Positions 1-10,575 of a stretch of DNA of 64,000 nt are shown one piece after another; the stretch's first letter is position 1; the number at the start of each line of letters is the position of its first letter. A program made the translations under genes and the position numbers. The stretch is from Massalongia carnosa (lineage: Eukaryota), in assembly GCA_965645245.1 (NCBI GenBank), contig OZ287088.1, positions 806,001-870,000 of the forward strand, in the 5' to 3' direction. The notes under the pieces are model-generated. The model did not search any database, had not been told where the DNA came from, and was given only the letters and a program-made list of their open reading frames with translations.

Positions 1-2561
1 AGAATGCAGCTGTGAGTTCTGCTTTGACTCGCTTGATTATCCCACTGTCCTTTGGCGCCATAATCTTGATGTCATCTACGAAGACGCTGAGTACGGGACC
101 TTTCAGCCCTGCACCCGATACGAATATACTGTGGTCTGCGTGGATGCGTTTCAAGCCTAGTTTCTCGAGGAGGAAGGCTGAAAAGCGTTCGTACCAGAGG
201 CAGGGAGATTGTTTGAGGCCGTAGATAGCTTTCAACAGTTTGCAAACCATATTCTTTGTGGCTTCTGTCTCAGTTCCCTTTGGAATCTCCATATATATCA
301 GTTGATCAATGAGGCCATAGAGAAAAGCCGTTTTTACGTCCATCTGGTCGATGTCCAGGTCGAAGAAGGCGGCAAGGGCGAACAGGGTTCTGAAGGCCAT
401 TGGCTTCACCACGGATGCGTAGGTTTGATCGAAATCAACACCAAACTGTTGTAGGTACCCTTTGATAATCTATTTGGCTTTGAATCTAGATTACCTTGCC
501 TTCGACATCACGCTTGACCTTGTACACCCAGTTCCCCCCCAGAGGTCGATGACCTGACTCTATCTCGTTCTTTGGTATGAGAACCCAGGTCTTGTTTTCG
601 TGTAGAGAGTCTATTTCTTCTTTCATTGCCTGTGCCCACTGCGAGGCGTGGGGGCATTGCATTGCCCTGTTGTATGACTCAGGTTCTTCGACATCTAATT
701 GGGTGGCAAGGACGTAGTCTCCTTTACTTTGGGCGTTGGCCTGAATGAGCCTCGAAGTCAAGATTGTGTATGGGTCGTCGTCTGCGTCATGGCCGTCCTC
801 CTCGCATTCGATGTTTGTCAGGAACGCGTTTGCTTTTTCCTCCGAGTTGTGTTCCCAGTCAAGGTCTAGCAGCTTGCTGAGATGTACTATCAGATCTTGA
901 TCTTGAGCCTTTTGTGTAGGCCTTATCGTTCGGCCAGACCGAGACTTCCTTGTCTCCGTAGTTTCATTTGACGCTCCAGTAGTTTCATCTCTAGTAGTGA
1001 CCTTTCGGCCCTTCCTAGGGGTTACTTTGCTGGGAGTTGACTCGCTGGCACCTGTTGCATTGTTGACCTTTCGGCCTACATCCAACATCTGTGTGTCGCT
1101 CGTAGCCTCGTCATCGTCATCGGAGAGTAAGAAACCTGAGAAGGTGGGAGTGTTTTTGTATTCAGGAAGCTCGGTGGACGTCTTGGCCTCGTAGTCTTCA
1201 AAGATTCTGAGATCTTTGATGCGAATGACTTTATTCTGTTCTCGGATGTGGACTCTGTAGATTGTATGACCATCGTATCCAACAAGAATACCGTGTAAGG
1301 CTCGTGGGTTCCACTTCTCAGACTTTAAGGCTCGTTCCTCTTCGTGTAGGAGAACGTACACTGTCGAGCCTAACACTCGGAGGTGTTGGATATCTGGGTG
1401 GATTTTCTGCTGTGCATGGTAGGGGTTGTCTCCACCTAAAGCCTTCGTGGGGCGAACGTTTTTGACGTACGTCATCGCAAGAACAATTTCAGGCCATAGC
1501 TCGTCATCAAGGCTTCCCTCTAGGATTGTCGCTCTTGTCATATCCATGATGGTTCTTCCCATTCGTTCTGACACGCCGTTTTGTTCCTGAGAGTACGGTG
1601 CTGAGGGTTCAAAAGTGATGCCCTTCTTCGCAAACCATTCCTCTACCCTTTTGCTCTACAGTTCTGATTCATAATCTGAACGTAGGCGTTCGACTGGTCT
1701 CTCCTTGTGTGACCTGGTTTTGCAGAGGTTGTAGAAGGTCTTGAGACATATGAACCAATCGCATTTCCGGGCACCAGTGTACACTTCGGTATATCGCGTG
1801 AAGTCATCCGTAAATGTGAAGAATTATCTCTCGCCTCCAAGACCAACAGGGTTGATGGGACCTACTAGGTCTGTGTGTATAAACTGGTACGTCTCGCTTG
1901 CTCGTTTCTGAGGCTCGTGGCGGTTGTAGATTTTCGTGGCTTTCGCACGTTGGCAGCTGTCACACACGTACTTTTCTGAGTCGTCCACGTAGTCGATCTC
2001 CAGTTTGTGGAGATGTTGCTTCAGTGAGGGGAAGTTGAGGTGGCTGAGTCGTTTGTGCCAGGTGGTGAGAGGTAGTTTTGATGAGGTGGTGGTCCTGTAG
2101 GCGTGTGGTGGCCACTCGTACGTGTTGTCGTCGATCTGCTTTAGATGAGTTGCAGAGACAGAGAGGTTGAGAGGGTGAAGAAGGAAGCTGGTCCTCCACC
2201 TTTCGGCGTAAGCCAGGGTTTCCTTTGTTCTTCTATCATAGAGTGTCTCGTTCTCATTATCATAGAAAATTCCATGAATGTTAAGAAGGCCGAGGCTGAC
2301 AAGATTAGAAGAACTGTGGGGAAGGAAAAACACGTTGTTCAGGTTCAGGATCACTCCTTCGCGACCGTCTTTCAGGCTGAGGCGAAGGCGCACCTTTCCA
2401 CAGCCTGGTGAAACCCCATCTGCAGTTGAGCCTCCGATCCGGGTAGGCTTTTTGTGGTACTCAGTCATCAAGCTTCGATCATTGCACACGTGCACGTCCG
2501 CCGCGCTGTCAACCAGCCAGGAAGCGTCTCTCGGCCCTTTGACCGCTAGCACCTTTGGTTG
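1..2561 (-). pseudogene. copia Pol (PR-IN-RT) with nonsense mutations
   Basis: ORF-track pieces 1824-2552 and 486-1574 are in the same frame and separated by point stops (GGER*FFTFTDD; SEL*SKRVEEWF). Confidence 0.9.
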
Positions 2562-3518
2562 TCAACTTTCGCGGGACAGGGTCTCGGAAGGGCTCTCTGT
2601 CTGGCTTTGGAGGTTTTGCCTAGAGCCTTTTGTTCTCATCTGGTGCAGCGAGTGTTTTGGCCGAAGTTCGGGGTATCTCAGGAAACAACGGTCTGTGTAG
2701 TGCTGTGTATTTCCCTTCTTGATGCAATCTGGGTTTGTGCAGGTCCCCGGGGGTGCTCGATTACTAGGCTTTGGTGGTTTGGAGGTGAAGAGTGCCGATT
2801 GTTTGGGTGTGCCGGATTGTCCTGGAGTTTGGTCGTTCTCTTTCCTGATTTCTGCAAACCGGATAAGCTTTTTAGTGCTCTCGGCGATGTTTGTGTTCCC
2901 CATTTTCCACTCTGTCTCCATCATGGAGACGATCCCCGAGTATTCGTTTCCCATTCCAGTGAGCAGTCCTGCCTGCAGGAGTACCTCGGCTCCTTTTGCG
3001 GGGATCTCGGAATCAGTGGGAATGAGGCCGCACACAGTGTCGTAGGCCTCTTGGTATTTGCTGCAATATTCGTGAATGTCTGTGCAGTCCGATAGTCGTA
3101 ATTTGGTGGTCTCCAGGATGAGTCGCGAGATGCTCATTGGAGAGATGTGCTGAAATTTCGTTTGTAGGGTTTCCCACATTTCCTTGGCTTCTTTGCCCTC
3201 GATAGCTGCTTGGTGTTTGGAGGCTACCGAGTTTTTGATGATGCCCTCCGCTTTGCTCAGAGAGGCTCGGTGCTCTTTAATTTCGGTGGAGAGGGCAGTC
3301 CAGAGTGCTTGGGCCGTCATTTCGGTGGGTTTGAAGCCCATGGCTATGATGTCCGATCTGACGGACTCCTTCGTTGGCTCTGGCTTTCCGGTGACTGCCC
3401 AGGCGCAGTTCTTCTGCTTGAGCTCTCCCAGAATGTAGGATCGCCATAATGTATAGTTCTCGGAGCCTTGGAGAATGATGCGGGGAGCCTTCTCCTGCTC
3501 TTCTCGTCGGTCTGACAT
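2562..3518 (-). CDS. copia Gag (likely start MSDRREEQEK)
   Basis: ATG at 3518 just downstream of the tandem array; LQGSENYTLW, MWETLQTKF, zinc-knuckle-like CTNPDC...HYTDRC; ends in TGA in frame with pol. Confidence 0.8.
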   Translation of the reverse strand: MSDRREEQEKAPRIILQGSENYTLWRSYILGELKQKNCAWAVTGKPEPTKESVRSDIIAMGFKPTEMTAQALWTALSTEIKEHRASLSKAEGIIKNSVASKHQAAIEGKEAKEMWETLQTKFQHISPMSISRLILETTKLRLSDCTDIHEYCSKYQEAYDTVCGLIPTDSEIPAKGAEVLLQAGLLTGMGNEYSGIVSMMETEWKMGNTNIAESTKKLIRFAEIRKENDQTPGQSGTPKQSALFTSKPPKPSNRAPPGTCTNPDCIKKGNTQHYTDRCFLRYPELRPKHSLHQMRTKGSRQNLQSQTESPSETLSRES

Positions 3519-3591
3519 TTTGTGGTTTTTTGGGCGAAGAGTTCTCAACGCCTTTGGGTTGTAGAAAGGTGGGTTGCCTTGTAGCTGTTGT

Positions 3592-4020
3592 GGTATGCGA
3601 GCGTCTTCGCTTCGTAACCTTTGGTATATGAGCAAGTTCTCCGCCTCGTAGCCTTCGGTATGTGAGCGTTCTGCTTCGTATGAGCGTCTTCGCCTCGTAG
3701 CCGTCTGGTATGTGAGCGTCTTCGCTTCGTAACCTTTGGTATATGAGCAAGTTCTCCGCCTCGTAGCCTTCGGTATGTGAGCGTTCTGCTTCGTATGAGC
3801 GTCTTCGCCTCGTAGCCGTCTGGTATGTGAGCGTCTTCGCTTCGTAACCTTTGGTATATGAGCAAGTTCTCCGCCTCGTAGCCTTCGGTATGTGAGCGTT
3901 CTGCTTCGTATGAGCGTCTTCGCCTCGTAGCCGTCTGGTATGTGAGCGTCTTCGCTTCGTAACCTTTGGTATATGAGCAAGTTCTCCGCCTCGTAGCCTT
4001 CGGTATGTGAGCGTTCTTCT
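3592..4020. repeat. 115-bp tandem array (about 3.7 copies) in the copia 5' leader
   Basis: GCGTCTTCGCTTCGTAACC recurs at 3601, 3716, 3831 and 3946; each unit is built from related ~30-bp subunits. Confidence 0.95.
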
Positions 4021-4272
4021 TCGTATCCTTTCAGTATGTAGGCGTAGCACTTCTTCCTATCTATTGTGGTAGGTGGTCAGGCGCATTGGCTTGATTCCAC
4101 ACCGCCATTTCAGAATTGGCTCCTTTTGGTAGCCAAGTGGTCTTAACCCTCCTGCCTCACACCATTCCTCCTTTTCGGGTAGGAAGTTCTTCGTTCTAGG
4201 TGCTTTGCTCTGGGGGGTGTGGGGTATTTGTGGCCTGTCGCTAGCGAAGATTAATGAGCTTATGCGCTGGCC

Positions 4273-4284
4273 GGGCTCATAACC
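4273..4284 (-). promoter_or_regulatory. Primer-binding site (internal tRNA-iMet type)
   Basis: Minus strand reads GGTTATGAGCCC immediately after the LTR end, the PBS type of Ty5/copia-like elements. Confidence 0.85.
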
Positions 4285-4447
4285 TGTAGAAGTATGAGGT
4301 TATTCATTGTTGTTATATTTATGATTCTATGACTCTACTTCTAAGGTCTGAAATCCTCCTAGTCCAGGATGCGTGCCGCATACCGGAATAGGTCTACTGT
4401 TACACGTGACCATAATAATGTCTAGCGCCATAGGTTGGTATCCAACA
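4285..4447 (-). repeat. 5' LTR of the copia element (163 bp)
   Basis: TG...CA termini (TGTAGA...CCAACA), adjacent to the PBS; patatin coding sequence begins at 4448. Confidence 0.85.
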
Positions 4448-7400
4448 CTGATGGAGATCATCAATCCGGATGCGCCGCCGAAGCCATGCGAGTATTTCGA
4501 CATGATCGGAGGGACAAGTACCGGTGGATTGATTGCTATCATGCTGGGTCGATTTGAGATGAACATTGATGAATGTATCGATGCTTATGTCGCATTGTTC
4601 GATCAAGTGTTTCAAAAAAAGTGGCATCGTGTCACAATAAACGGACAAGTACAAGGGAGATTCGACACAGAAGAGCTGGAACGGTCAATTCGAGAAATCG
4701 TAAAGCGGAAGGACAAGGCAGGCGAAAATGCTCTCCTCAAAGGATCGGAGAATCAGCAGTGCAAAGTGTCAGTGCTTTGGAAGTTGCATTCACACGTACT
4801 ATTCTAGTGATATTAACGAAGGCTAGATTTGTATGCGCTCTGAGCAAAGAGACTGCCGACACAGTCCTTTTCACATCGTATCCTTCTCGAGGATCCTCAG
4901 ATATGTACCACAAGACACGAATTTGGGAGGCAGCTCGAGCCACATCTGCCGCATCATCCTTCTTTGATCCAATCAGAATTGGCCAGTTTGAAGAAGAATT
5001 TGTCGATGGGGCTGTTGGGGCTAACAATCCTGTCGCACAGGTTTGGAACGAGGCCAAAAGTGTGTGGTCAGATGAAGCGCTTGAGGGAAACATTAAATGC
5101 CTGATATCTATCGGTACCGGTGTTCCATCCTTGGATTCTTATGGCTCAAGCCTCTTCGAGATTGCAAAAACATTGAAAGATATTGCAACAGAGACAGAAA
5201 AAACAGCGGAGTCTTTCCATCGAGCACATTCAGATCTCGACGATGGGAATCGCTATTTTCGTTTCAATGTTTCTCATGGGCTTGAGAGTATTGGAATCGA
5301 AGATGGAGCACAGAAGAACAAGATTATGGCCGCCACAACCCGCTATGTGGCTTTAGAAAGCATCATGAAACAAATGAAGCTCTGCGGAAATAATATTTCC
5401 ACACGAGAATGTACGTTAATGTTTCCTTGATAATCTTTGATTTACTTAATCTTTGAATAGATTCTGGTCCATACAAAGTGCCATTCAGTTTGAAAGGCCT
5501 ACCCTGTGTACCCAAATTCGTAGCTCGTGATCAGGAAATGAATGATCTTAAGGAAAACCTTTTCCCCAAGCCAACTCGTGAGACTCGCCGGAAGGTGTTC
5601 GTTTTGCACGGACTTGGCGGCTCCGGCAAGACTCAGCTAGCAATCGAGTTCGCTCAAAGATCACAGAAGATTTTCAGTTCAATTTTTTGGCTTAACGGCG
5701 ATAGTAAGGAAAGTGTACGTCAAAGTCTTGCTCAGATTGGTCGAAAATTGCCCAAAGATCAAGTTCCGGATTTATGTAGAAGATTCTTCAAAACATCCCC
5801 TGACGAGCTAGATGAAATCATCAATAATACTCTAATTTGGTTCAATCAACCCGAAAACAACCGATGGCTTCTCATTTTCGATAACATCGATCGTGATAAT
5901 TCGCCTGAGGATGATCCTCAATCGTATGATGTAGAACAATTTTTCCCAGAAGCCAATCACGGCTCTATTTTAATCACAAGCCGATTACGACAGCTGCGAC
6001 AACATGGGCATGACCGGCAACTTGGGAGAATGAGCGGTCTACAAGGAGTAGAAGTATTACGATACAGGATAGGACGATCAATCGAAGGTAATGAAAACCA
6101 AGCAACAGTCTTAGTCCAATTCACTAAGCAAGCATTATATAGGCCTTGACAGGATCGTCGAGAAAGTGGGTGGTCTCCCACTTGCACTTGCTCATGCAGG
6201 CTCCTATATTCACGGAACGGCTACAAGTGTGAACGACTATATTCGATACTACGAAGAGACTTGGGAGAAGCTTCACGACAACAAAATGACGCGATTAAAA
6301 GATTATCCCCGTAACATTTTGTCTACGTACACCATTTCTTACGAATATGTGCGACGCAATGACTCGAGCGCTGCAAAGTTGCTTGATCTGTTTGCATATC
6401 TCAATCACTCAGATTTATGGTATTCTTTATTCACGCCTGTAATTCACGAAAGCATTGTCCCAAAAGAGACATTACCTACCTGGTTTTCATGTAGCATGAA
6501 AACGGAGTTTGACTTTACACAGAAGATTCAAATACTGCTGGACTACTCTTTGATAGAAACACAATATGAGATCTCATCGTATGCGATTCATCCAATTATA
6601 CATGACTGGTGTTTTCACATGAGTCGGACCTCTAAGGACGATATAGCTTCTTTAGCAGTTTCTGTAATCGGTTCGGCATGTTATTCCACTGACAGTTCAG
6701 CAAACTGGCTGCATCGAAAACGACTGCTTGATCATTGTAGCCATGTTCACTTCTGCATTGGGAAAAGAACTCAAAACCTTGAAAGCAATGAGAGATGGGA
6801 ACAAGTGTTATATTTTTCATATCATGCTATTGGTGATTTTTCAAGAGAACAAGGCAAGATGAAAGAAGCCGAAGACATGTACTTGCGAGCATTGACAGGA
6901 TACGAAAAGGCCTGGGGTCCTGAGCACACATCGACACTCAATACAGTCAACAATCTGGGACTTCTGTACTCGGATCAAGGCAAGATGAGAGAAGCCGAAG
7001 ACATGTACTTGCGAGCATTGACAGGATACGAAAAGGCCTGGGGTCCTGAGCACACATCGACACTCAATACAGTCAACAATCTGGGACTTCTGTACTCGGA
7101 TCAAGGCAAGATGAGAGAAGCCGAAGACATGTACTTGCGAGCATTGACAGGAAAGGAAAAGGCCTGGGGTCATGAGCACACATCGACACTCATGACAGTC
7201 AACAATCTGGGACTTCTGTACTCGGATCAAGGCAAGATGAAAGAAGCCGAAAACATGTACTTGCGAGCATTGACAGGATACGAAAAGGCCTGGGGTCCTG
7301 AGCACACATCGACACTCGATACAGTCAACAATCTGGGACTTCTGTACTCGGATCAAGGCAAGATGAAAGAAGCCGAAGACATGTACTTGCGAGCATTGAC

Positions 7401-8400
7401 AGAATACGAAAAGGCCTGGGGTCCTGAGCACACATCGACACTCAATACAGTCAACAATCTGGGAGCTCTGTACTTGGATCAAGGCAAGATGAAAGAAGCT
7501 GAAGACATGTTCTTGCGAGCATTGACAGGAAAGGAAAAGGCCTGGGGTCCTGAGCACACATCGACACTCGATACAGTCAACAATCTGGGAGCTCTGTACT
7601 CGGATAAAGGCAAGATGAAAGAAGCTGAAGACATGTACTTGCGAGCATTGACAGGAAAGAAAAAGGCCTGGGGTCCTGAGCACACATCGACACTCGATAC
7701 AGTCAACAATCTGGGACTTCTGTACTCGGATCAAGGCAAGATGAAAGAAGCCGAAGACATGTACTTGCGAGCATTGACAGGATACGAAAAGGCCTGGGGT
7801 CCTGAGCACACATCGACACTCAATACAGTCAACAATCTGGGACTTCTGTACTCGGATCAAGGCAAGATGAAAGAAGCCGAAGACATGTACTTGCGAGCAT
7901 TGACAGGAAACGAAAAGGCCTGGGGTCCTGAGCACACATCGACACTCGATACAGTCAACAATCTGGGAAATTTGTACAAGAATCAAGGCAAGATGAAAGA
8001 AGCCGAAGACATGTACTTGCGAGCATTGACAGGAAAGGAAAAGGCCTGGGGTCTTGAGCACACATCGACACTCAATACAATCAACAATCTGGGAGCTCTG
8101 TACTTGGATCAAGGCAAGATGAAAGAAGCTGAAGACATGTTCTTGCGAGCATTGACAGGATACGAAAAGGCCTGGGGTCCTGAGCACACATCGACACTCG
8201 ATACAGTCAACAATCTGGGAGCTCTGTATTCGGATCAAGGCAAGATGAAAGAAGCCGAAGACATGTACTTGCGAGCATTGACAGGAAAGGAAAAGACCTG
8301 GGGTCATTAGCACACATCGACACTCGATACAGTCAACAATCTGGGAAATCTGTACAAGAATCAAGGCAAGATGAAAGAAGCCGAAGACATGTACTTGCGA
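4448..8400 (+). pseudogene. Fungal NLR: patatin-like phospholipase + NB-ARC + TPR repeats; first ~27 codons separated by the copia insertion, stop in repeat 12, truncated at 8400
   Basis: Predicted exons 4448-4767, 4827-5410, 5461-6087, 6143-8310 join in frame across GT-AG introns. Patatin GTSTG and DGA motifs, Walker A GLGGSGKT, Walker B LLIFDNID, GLPLAL, then 42-aa TPR repeats. Confidence 0.92.
6848..8400 (+). repeat. High-identity 126-bp TPR-coding tandem repeats (12 full + 1 partial)
   Basis: (C/A)AAGGCAAGATGA recurs every 126 bp from 6850 to 8362. Confidence 0.97.
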
Positions 8401-9009
8401 TGCTTCTTGAAGAGTTAGAGATCAAGGTATGTTCCTTTACTCCGAAACATATAATTTCTATCACTAAACTCTTCTTATAATAGATTGTAGAAGCACCGTA
8501 ATGAAGAGTAACGTACTTTGTTTGTGCCTAGTGCGAGTTAACCAAAAAACGAAATTATCTTTTCATCTACCGTTACTCAGGTAACACCCTCGATTTCGGA
8601 ATCAGTGACCATTCTTTGCCTTGCACAAATTCAGGAGGAGTTCCTAGAAATGCTTGATAGTTTTACATCTATTGGTCCGATCTCCTCAGAAGTCTCTTCC
8701 CCTTCAGGCCTTACGAATCCAGACTTACTCTTATCCGACCCACCTTCTCAAGCCGAACTTCTGACAACCGCAACCTCCTCTCCTTCAACAAGCACTTCCC
8801 AAGATCGAAAACCCACAATATCTCCTCACACACCTCCCAATCCTTCTCCCATAGTACACCAAAGTCATACTATGACTTGACATAAGGAGAACCCATCTGG
8901 CAATCAATCTGTCAACCAAGTAATTTCGGGTAAATGGTTTTACCGAGGGACTCGGCGGGGGTAGACTCGATAGATTTTTCTCATCTTTTTCTGAGAACGA
9001 TAATCCATC

Positions 9010-10051
9010 TCTCGTGTGGAAATATTATTTCCGCAGAGCTTCATTTGTTTCATGATGCTTTCTAAAGCCACATAGCGGGTTGTGGCGGCCATAATCTTGT
9101 TCTTCTGTGCTCCATCTTCGATTCCAATACTCTCAAGCCCATGAGAAACATTGAAACGAAAATAGCGATTCCCATCGTCGAGATCTGAATGTGCTCGATG
9201 GAAAGACTCCGCTGTTTTTTCTGTCTCTGTTGCAATATCTTTCAATGTTTTTGCAATCTCGAAGAGGCTTGAGCCATAAGAATCCAAGGATGGAACACCG
9301 GTACCGATAGATATCAGGCATTTAATGTTTCCCTCAAGCGCTTCATCTGACCACACACTTTTGGCCTCGTTCCAAACCTGTGCGACAGGATTGTTAGCCC
9401 CAACAGCCCCATCGACAAATTCTTCTTCAAACTGGCCAATTCTGATTGGATCAAAGAAGGATGATGCGGCAGATGTGGCTCGAGCTGCCTCCCAAATTCG
9501 TGTCTTGTGGTACATATCTGAGGATCCTCGAGAAGGATACGATGTGAAAAGGACTGTGTCGGCAGTCTCTTTGCTCAGAGCGCATACAAATCTAGCCTTC
9601 GTTAATATCACTAGAATAGTACGTGTGAATGCAACTTCCAAAGCACTGACACTTTGCACTGCTGATTCTCCGATCCTTTGAGGAGAGCATTTTCGCCTGC
9701 CTTGTCCTTCCGCTTTACGATTTCTCGAATTGACCGTTCCAGCTCTTCTGTGTCGAATCTCCCTTGTACTTGTCCGTTTATTGTGACACGATGCCACTTT
9801 TTTTGAAACACTTGATCGAACAATGCGACATAAGCATCGATACATTCATCAATGTTCATCTCAAATCGACCCAGCATGATAGCAATCAATCCACCGGTAC
9901 TTGTCCCTCCGATCATGTCGAAATACTAGCATGGCTTCGGCGGCGCATCCGGATTGATGATCTCCATCAGTCGCTTGAGGATTGCGAGTGACGATAGCCC
10001 TCGCACTCCACCTCCATCGAGAGATAATAGGCATAAGTCTTTATCTGGCAT
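9010..10051 (-). pseudogene. Inverted duplicate of the patatin effector domain, including the native N-terminus, with one nonsense codon
   Basis: ATG at 10051 gives MPDKDLCLLSLDGGGVRGLSSLAILKRLMEIINPDAPPKPC*YFD. 9010-9970 is the reverse complement of 4448-5408; TAG here versus GAG in the other copy. Confidence 0.93.
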
Positions 10052-10575
10052 GACAGAAGGTCCTGAACTTCTTATATTTATACAGCTAGCCTGTGCAGAA
10101 GTCGTATCACGTAGTGGGCTATGTGAAGAATGGGTGCAAAAAGGTGTGTATTTGTTGTGGTCTAGGCTAGCTATCTATATGGCAGGGCGGGGGTGACAAA
10201 ATAAGTGGCAGTTATGTAAGCTAGGTTTCCACCAAAAATATGGAGTTTTGATAGTGTTAGAATGTACAAATCAGGCTACTTCATTTCGGCCGCACTCACC
10301 TTCTAGAAGATTTCCCGAGAAAATGCCGCGCCCGGCGAAATGCCGCACTTTACAATTCTGCATAAGAATATTGTTTTCGTCGTTAATCAACAACTACAAC
10401 GATTAATGGAATGTGTATTAAATATAGTATAAATAGAAAGTATATACACGATATCCGACCCTAAAAACCTTACTAAATCACAATCTTCATTGTTGAATCG
10501 AACAGTCGCGCATTTCTGTATCAATATTATGATATCGTAAATCACGAATAGCGACGATTTTGATACGTTCAAGAT

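Larger units (their letters stand above)
1..4447 (-). mobile_element. Ty1/copia LTR retrotransposon (3' part runs off the window start), mildly decayed
   Basis: Minus-strand order gag, protease (WLVDSAA), GAG-pre-integrase (WHKRLSH..CDSC), integrase (HTDLVGP; PYSQEQNGVSER), RT (WVYKVKRD; YVDDIK near 75-90). In-frame stops at about 1824, 1655 and 486. 5' LTR and PBS at the right end. Confidence 0.95.

Noticed and set aside
3277..4050. Long repetitive ORFs and N-terminal extension of gag
   Set aside because: Products of the 115-bp array cycling through frames; gag more plausibly starts at 3518.
6841..8364. 507-aa Cys-rich antisense ORF
   Set aside because: Shadow of the 126-bp TPR repeats; one stop-free unit repeated gives a long frame.
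6848..8400. CRISPR-like regular array
   Set aside because: Contiguous coding repeats with no unique spacers, in a eukaryotic gene.
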